Assembly (NCBI GenBank): GCA_041742355.1
Contig: JBGSIV010000107.1
Location: forward strand, 1-24,095
Source: Candidatus Zixiibacteriota bacterium
GTDB taxonomy: Bacteria; Zixibacteria; MSB-5A5; GN15; FEB-12
DNA: 24,095 nucleotides
Reading direction: 5' to 3'
Shown here: positions 19,001-24,095 of the stretch, one piece after another
Numbering within the stretch: the first letter of the stretch is position 1
Layout of the letters: the number at the start of each line of letters is the position of its first letter
Notes under the pieces: generated by a model
What the model saw: the letters and a program-made list of their open reading frames with translations, nothing else
The model's database searches: none
Told to the model about the DNA's origin: nothing
Translations under genes and position numbers: made by a program

Positions 19001-20074
19001 ATGACCGCGAGGATCGCCGTATTCGGCTGGGCCGATTCGACCCACGTCCAGCGCTGGATGCGCGGATTGCAATCGCGCGGATTTGCGATGCGACTGATCT
19101 CGCTCGGCGGGCCGGCCATGCCGGACTGCGAGACAATTGTGCTGCCGCGTTCGGGACGGTGGTCATACCTGACCTTGGCGTCCAAAGCCGTCGCGGCGGC
19201 GAAAGAGTTCCGCCCGGATCTGATCCACGGCCACTATGTCACCGGGTTCGGCTTCTGGACAGCGCACGCCCGGTTCAAACCAAACGTCGTGTCGGTCTGG
19301 GGAGCGGATATCATCGATTTTCCCAACGGGGGATTCAAGCGACGGCTGATCCGAGCAGTGCTTCGGCGCGCGACCCACATCACGGCGACAAGTGCCTTCC
19401 TGAAAGATACGGTCGTTTCGCTGGACGGGTGCCTGGAGCCGAAGACCACGGTGATTCCGTTCGGGGTGAAGATACCGGCGGAGGTCACCTGTGCGCCGCC
19501 GACGCCGCCGGTGCGGTTGTGCTATATCAAGAACCTCAAGCCGAAGTACGGCGCGGATGTCCTCCTGAAGGCGCTGGCGCTCGTGCGGAAGGAATTCCCG
19601 GAGATCCGGCTTTCAATCGCCGGGGAGGGGGAGATGAAGCCGCAGTTGATCTGGGAAGCGGCCAACCTGGGGTTGGATGATATCGTGGAGTTTGTCGGGT
19701 TTGTGCCGAACGAGGAGATCGCCGCGTTCCTGCAGGCGCACCATATGATGGTGATGCCGTCGGTGATGGACTCCGAGTCGTTCGGGGTGGCGGCGGTGGA
19801 GGCCTCGGCCGCGGGCCGGGCGGTGATTGCGTCGCGCGTGGGCGGAGTGCCGGAGGTCGTGCGCGACCAGGAAACGGGTATTCTGGTCCCGCCGGGAGAT
19901 GTCGGGGCACTGGCAAAAGCGATACTGACACTGGCGAAAGATGCCGGCGCGCGGGAACGGATGGGAAATCAGGGACGGATATACGCATGTGAGAACTACG
20001 ACTGGGAGCGGTCGCTCGATTCGATGGCGGAGCTCTACCAAAGGCTGATCCATGACCACAAAAAGCGCAAGTAA
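19001..20074 (+). CDS. Glycosyltransferase family 4 (GT-B, retaining)
   Basis: PDLIHGH, VWGADI, VIPFGV, ESFGVAAVEASAAGRAVIASRVGGVPEVV (EX7E motif). Confidence 0.92.
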   Translation: MTARIAVFGWADSTHVQRWMRGLQSRGFAMRLISLGGPAMPDCETIVLPRSGRWSYLTLASKAVAAAKEFRPDLIHGHYVTGFGFWTAHARFKPNVVSVWGADIIDFPNGGFKRRLIRAVLRRATHITATSAFLKDTVVSLDGCLEPKTTVIPFGVKIPAEVTCAPPTPPVRLCYIKNLKPKYGADVLLKALALVRKEFPEIRLSIAGEGEMKPQLIWEAANLGLDDIVEFVGFVPNEEIAAFLQAHHMMVMPSVMDSESFGVAAVEASAAGRAVIASRVGGVPEVVRDQETGILVPPGDVGALAKAILTLAKDAGARERMGNQGRIYACENYDWERSLDSMAELYQRLIHDHKKRK

Positions 20075-21224
20075 GAGAATCCCGCTGTTCGACCTGAAGG
20101 TGTCGGCGTCGGCCCGGCGTCAGGTGAACGACACGCTATCCTCGGGCTGGCTGACCGCCGGGCCAAAGGTGAAAGCGTTCGAGGCGGCGGTGGCGAAACT
20201 GACCGGGGTGGAGAACGCGGTGGCGCTGGCGAGCGCAACCCAGGCGCTGCACCTGACTCTGGCGGCCTACGGCGGGTTGCTCGGGCGCGAGGTGATCACG
20301 ACACCGTACACGTTCATTGCGACGGTCGAGGCGATCATGCAGGCGGGGGGAACGCCGGTGTTTGCCGATATCGATCCGGAAACGCTGACCATCGATCCGG
20401 ATGAAGTTGAGCGGAAGATCACGAAAACCACGGCGGCGGTTGTGCCGGTAGATCTCGCCGGGTATCCGTGCGAGTACGATCAGCTGAATGATATCTGTGA
20501 TTCGAACCGGCTGCTCCTGGTGTCGGATGCGGCGCACGCGATCGGCGGGAAGTACCGGCGCAAGGCGATTCCGCACTGGTGCGACGCGGCGGTGTATTCG
20601 TTCTACTCGACGAAGAACGTGACCTCGGGAGAAGGCGGCATGCTGGTGTCGCGGCACAAGCCGCTGATCGACCGGTTGCGATTGATCGCGCGCCACGGGT
20701 TGAGCAGCTCGACCTACGAGCGCAAAACAGCGAACGCGTGGGAGTACGATGTGGTCGAGTTCGGTTGGAAGGCGAACATGTCGGAGTTGAGTGCGGCGCT
20801 GGGGCTGGGGGAACTGGAGCAGTTCAAGAAGAATCAGGCGGCGCGAGGGAAACGGGCGGAGCGGTATCTGGAGAATTTGAAGGCGTACGAAGATTACGTC
20901 ATCCCGCCGGTGGTGGAACCGAACCATTCGCACGGATGGCATTTGTTTATCATCAAACTGAAGACGGAAGCGTTGCGGATCGGGCGAGACCGGTTTATCC
21001 GGGAAATGGCGGCACGGGGGGTGGAGTGCGGCGTGCACTACAAGCCGGTGTATGAGATGTCGTGGTACCGGGAGGCGTTTCAGTTGTCGGGGGGGCATTT
21101 CCCGAATACGGAGTGGGCGTGGAGGCGGGCGGTGACGTTGCCGTTGTATCCTATTCTGACGCTCGGCCAGGTGGATCGGGTGTGCGAGGTCGTGGGGGAT
21201 GTGGTGAGGAAACTCGGGAGATAG
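20052..21224 (+). CDS. Second DegT-family PLP sugar aminotransferase (ArnB/PseC-like)
   Basis: SGWLTAGP, SDAAHAIG, SFYSTKNVTSGEGGM (PLP Lys), GWKANMSELSAALG, GVHYKP, VTLPLYP. Confidence 0.92.
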   Translation: MTTKSASKRIPLFDLKVSASARRQVNDTLSSGWLTAGPKVKAFEAAVAKLTGVENAVALASATQALHLTLAAYGGLLGREVITTPYTFIATVEAIMQAGGTPVFADIDPETLTIDPDEVERKITKTTAAVVPVDLAGYPCEYDQLNDICDSNRLLLVSDAAHAIGGKYRRKAIPHWCDAAVYSFYSTKNVTSGEGGMLVSRHKPLIDRLRLIARHGLSSSTYERKTANAWEYDVVEFGWKANMSELSAALGLGELEQFKKNQAARGKRAERYLENLKAYEDYVIPPVVEPNHSHGWHLFIIKLKTEALRIGRDRFIREMAARGVECGVHYKPVYEMSWYREAFQLSGGHFPNTEWAWRRAVTLPLYPILTLGQVDRVCEVVGDVVRKLGR

Positions 21225-21242
21225 GGGGGGTCCGTAGGCTGC

Positions 21243-21525
21243 CAGGGTGCCCCACCGCTTGCGGTGGGAGAAGATTCGTACCAACGGCTCGCCCAAAGTC
21301 AGGGTGCCCCACCGCTTGCGGTGGGAGAAGATTCGTACCGGCGGCTCGCCCAAAGCCAGGGTGCCCCACCGCTTGCGGTGGGAAAAGATTCGTACCAACG
21401 GCTCGCCCAAAGTCAGGGTGCCCCACCGCTTGCGGTGGGAAAAGATTGGTTCGAGCGCTTGGTCAAAGCCAGGGTGCCCCACCGCTTGCGGTGGGAGAAG
21501 ATTCGTACCAACGGCCAGGCCAAAG
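21243..21525. repeat. Tandem array of five 56-57 bp units, each with hairpin CCCACCGC-TT-GCGGTGGG (REP/BIME-like)
   Basis: Units start at 21243, 21300, 21357, 21414 and 21470. Conserved 34-bp CAGGGTGCCCCACCGCTTGCGGTGGGA(G/A)AAGATT plus a 22-23 nt semi-variable tail ending CAAAG(T/C/G). Confidence 0.95.
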
Positions 21526-21527
21526 GA

Positions 21528-21555
21528 GAGATTGCTTCGCTGCGCTCGCAATGAC
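21528..21555. repeat. Second palindromic extragenic element GAGATTGCTTCGCTGCGCTCGCAATGAC
   Basis: ATTGC...GCAAT hairpin. Resembles the widespread GTCATTGCGAG..GAAGCAATC intergenic repeat family (recalled from memory, not searched). Confidence 0.6.
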
Positions 21556-21600
21556 TCCTGTCGGGTGAACTACTCGCAAGTCACCCCCTCAAACCCGTGC

Positions 21601-21630
21601 TTGACCTACCGTTTTCCGCCGTATTAACTT
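21601..21630 (+). promoter_or_regulatory. sigma-70 promoter giving a probably leaderless GTPase mRNA
   Basis: TTGACC (21601-21606)-18 nt-TAACTT (21625-21630), 5 nt before ATG 21636; no Shine-Dalgarno. Confidence 0.6.
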
Positions 21631-21635
21631 CCAGT

Positions 21636-22637
21636 ATGCCGGCAAACCTACCACCACAGTACTATGAGCTCGAACGGGCCTACCGGGCCGAGAAGGACCC
21701 CCGCGAACGGCTGCGCATGGCCGAGGAACTCCTGCGGATCATGCCCAAACACAAAGGGACCGACAAGCTCCAGGCCGAGATGAAGGCCAAGATCTCCAAA
21801 CACCGCAAGGAAATCGAAGGGGGCGGCACCAAGGCCGGCGGCGGGTCACACCAGGTCGCGGCCAAAGATTTTATCGAACGGGAAGGAGCGGCGCAGATAA
21901 TCCTCATCGGACCGCCCAACTCAGGAAGATCGTCGCTTCTGGACGCCCTCACAGCGGCCAAGCCCGAAATCGGCGACTACCCGTACACGACTCGCGAGCC
22001 GATGCCGGGCATGATGGAATTCGAGCGCGTGCAATTCCAGTTGATCGACACACCGCCGATCTCGTCGGAGCTGTACGAGGGCTACATGACGGGGCTAATC
22101 CGCAACGCGGACATTGTGGCGCTGGTGTGTGATCTTGAAGCGGACACGATGCTGGAGGACCTCCGGTTTGTGATCAGGACGCTCGAGGAGAAGCGGGTCA
22201 TTCTGAAGCCAGAGGTCGAGGCGGAGCCGCCCGACCCGAAATACAGCTACAAGAAGACGATTATTATCGCGCACAAGTTGTTCGAGGACGAGGATGGCTC
22301 CCGGCGGGCGGCGCTTTCGGCGGAGTTCCCGGGGTTCCGGATAGTCGAGACCTCGGTGATCGACGACGACAGCCTCGCGCGCTTCCGCCGGGCGGTGTTC
22401 GAAGAGCTCAAGATCATGCGGGTGTACACCAAGCCGGTCGGCCACGAGCCGGACTACGCCGACCCGATTGTCCTGCCGATCGGCGGGACCGTAGCCGATG
22501 CGGCGGTCGCGCTCCACAAGGACTTCCTGGCCAAGCTCAAGTTCGCGAAAGTCTGGGGAAAGGGGAAGTTCGACGGGCAGCGGGTGACAAACGAGTTCGT
22601 GTTGTCGGACGAGGATATTGTCGAATTTCACATATAG
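21636..22637 (+). CDS. DRG/OBG-related GTP-binding protein with C-terminal TGS domain, 333 aa
   Basis: Family-typical start MPANLPPQY...MPKHKGTDKL; G1 GPPNSGRSS, G2 YPYTT, G3 DTPP; TGS region RVYTKP...GGTVADAAVALHKD...FAKVWG..FDGQRV...LSDEDIVEFH. Confidence 0.92.
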   Translation: MPANLPPQYYELERAYRAEKDPRERLRMAEELLRIMPKHKGTDKLQAEMKAKISKHRKEIEGGGTKAGGGSHQVAAKDFIEREGAAQIILIGPPNSGRSSLLDALTAAKPEIGDYPYTTREPMPGMMEFERVQFQLIDTPPISSELYEGYMTGLIRNADIVALVCDLEADTMLEDLRFVIRTLEEKRVILKPEVEAEPPDPKYSYKKTIIIAHKLFEDEDGSRRAALSAEFPGFRIVETSVIDDDSLARFRRAVFEELKIMRVYTKPVGHEPDYADPIVLPIGGTVADAAVALHKDFLAKLKFAKVWGKGKFDGQRVTNEFVLSDEDIVEFHI

Positions 22638-22802
22638 GTTGAATAGAACCTGCGCGGTGGCGTATTGTTGTTGTTGCCCGGGGATCTCCCGGGAACGATA
22701 TAGCTGGTAAATAACGGTTTGCGCCGCCCCGCCCGGGCGGTCATCGGCCGCGAAACGCAGGCCGGGTGAGTCGGGCAAGCGGCTGTAACGAAGGAGTCAG
22801 CA

Positions 22803-23417
22803 ATGAAGGTATTCGGCATCACTCTGGGCGTCCTGATTGTCATCGTGATTATCGCGGGCATGTGGATCTGGTCGGGGCGCGGCGGCCTGATCGACCGGTC
22901 GCAGGGTGTCGACGCGCAGTGGTCGCAGGTGCAGAACGTATACCAGCGCCGGTTCGACCTGGTGCCGAACCTGGTGGCGGCGGTGGACAATTTCATGGAG
23001 CAGCAGAAAGCGACCCTGACTGAGGTGATCGCTATGCGCCAGCGGGTGATCGATGTCCGCGGCGAGGCGGAGCAGGCGCTCAAGAGCGGCAACCCCGCGC
23101 TCTTGGATTCGCTCTCGGGACAGCTCTCACGCCAATTGAACTCGCTCATCAATGTCGTGGTCGAACAGTATCCCCAGATCAAGGGGGACCAGATGTACTC
23201 CGACCTGCTGGTCCAGCTTGAGGGAACAGAGAACCGGATCACGCAGGAACGCCGGGCCTACAACGAAGTCGTGCGCGACTACAACGTGTTCCGGCAGCGG
23301 ACGGTCAAAGCGCTGGTGGCGGGGTCGGTGTTCGGCTTCCCGTACGAGAAAGAGTATTTCGCGGCGTCCGAAGAAGCCCAGTCTGCGCCGAGCGTGCGCG
23401 ACGCCTTCAACCAGTAA
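22803..23417 (+). CDS. lemA: LemA family protein
   Basis: RBS AAGGAG; N-terminal TM; WSQVQNVYQRRFDLVPNLV, VVEQYPQIK, QLEGTENRITQERRAYNEVVRDYN. Confidence 0.93.
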   Translation: MKVFGITLGVLIVIVIIAGMWIWSGRGGLIDRSQGVDAQWSQVQNVYQRRFDLVPNLVAAVDNFMEQQKATLTEVIAMRQRVIDVRGEAEQALKSGNPALLDSLSGQLSRQLNSLINVVVEQYPQIKGDQMYSDLLVQLEGTENRITQERRAYNEVVRDYNVFRQRTVKALVAGSVFGFPYEKEYFAASEEAQSAPSVRDAFNQ

Positions 23418-23420
23418 GCA

Positions 23421-24095
23421 ATGACGCCTGTGAAAAGACTTACCCTGCCGATAGTCCTTCTCGTGCTCGCGGCGGCCGTTCTGGCCGCCGCGGAGATCCC
23501 CGGCTACAAGGGCCCGGTCAACGATTACGCCGGTGTGCTCGACCGGAACGCGCTCGGAATGCTCGAGGACAAGGTCCTGGCGTACCGGAGCTCGACCGGC
23601 AGCGAGATCGGCGTGCTGATCGTCCAGTCGATGAACGGCCGGGCGATCGAGGAATACGCCTACGACGTGTTCCGGGAGTGGGGAATCGGCAAGGCCGGGA
23701 AAGACAACGGCGTGCTGTTTGTCGTCGCAGTCGAAGAGAAGAAAGCGCGGGTGGAGGTGGGGTACGGCCTTGAGGGGGATCTCACCGATCTGGAGGCCGG
23801 GCGGCTGGTGAACCGTCAGTCGCCGATGGCACAGCACTTCCGCCAGGGGGATTACGCCGGCGGGGTGGATGCGGTGCTCGACGGAATCGTGGCCGCGATC
23901 GGCGGGGAGTACAATCCCCCCGAGCCGAAAGACGGCGGCGGAAGACAGAAATCCCCCATTGGCATCATCGGACTGATCATCCTGTTCATCATCTTCTCGA
24001 TTATCAGCCGTCGCGGCGGCGGGGGCGGTCGCCGGTTCGGCGGGCCGTTTGTCGGCGGCATGATGGGTGGGATGTTGGGCGGCATGATGGGCGGC
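23421..24095 (+). CDS. TPM-domain (YgcG/DUF477-like) membrane protein; truncated by window end
   Basis: Not in the ORF track; translated by hand. Signal peptide, VNDYAGVL, WGIGKAGKDNGVLFVVAVEEKKARVEVGYGLEGDLTD, FRQGDYAGGV, TM helix, Gly-rich tail; usual neighbour of lemA. Confidence 0.93.
   Translation, partial: MTPVKRLTLPIVLLVLAAAVLAAAEIPGYKGPVNDYAGVLDRNALGMLEDKVLAYRSSTGSEIGVLIVQSMNGRAIEEYAYDVFREWGIGKAGKDNGVLFVVAVEEKKARVEVGYGLEGDLTDLEAGRLVNRQSPMAQHFRQGDYAGGVDAVLDGIVAAIGGEYNPPEPKDGGGRQKSPIGIIGLIILFIIFSIISRRGGGGGRRFGGPFVGGMMGGMLGGMMGG

Noticed and set aside
21243..21525. Canonical CRISPR array
   Set aside because: Linkers are short, mutually homologous (units 1 and 3 are identical), with no AT-rich leader and no cas gene in the window.
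20136..21627. ORFs running through the array (20136-21551 -, 21062-21568, 21151-21426, 21247-21627, 21264-21554)
   Set aside because: Artefacts of a 57-bp (19-codon) stop-poor repeat and of antisense shadows of the DegT gene.
22640..22802. SRP (4.5S) or 6S RNA gene
   Set aside because: No SRP helix-8 motif (CAGG...GGAA...AGCAG); the hairpin is too short for 6S and runs into the lemA RBS.

Overview
GC-rich bacterial chromosomal window. The C-terminal Cys-flanked dockerin-like module and overall gene content suggest candidate phylum Zixibacteria or a relative (inference). Left end (minus strand): a translationally coupled pair resembling a PAS histidine kinase and an NtrC-type enhancer-binding regulator. 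Most catalytic motifs are lost in both partners, and the pair sits behind a near-consensus sigma-28 (FliA) promoter; this is the most unusual system here. Next come a secreted 14-repeat beta-propeller protein with a dockerin-like tail, kdsB-pyrG, a lipoprotein, a secreted fiber-like protein and two divergent GT-C membrane glycosyltransferases. A surface polysaccharide operon follows (SLBB export protein, Wzz-like co-polymerase, hexapeptide acyltransferase, two DegT aminotransferases, a divergent MurJ-like flippase, GT4). The right end holds a 5-unit 57-bp hairpin tandem array (with a covarying solo copy about 10 kb away), an apparently leaderless DRG/TGS GTPase with degenerate G1/G4 motifs, and lemA plus a TPM-domain gene. 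No rRNA, tRNA, transposase, integrase or cas gene was recognised. All calls are by manual motif reading; no database searches were run.
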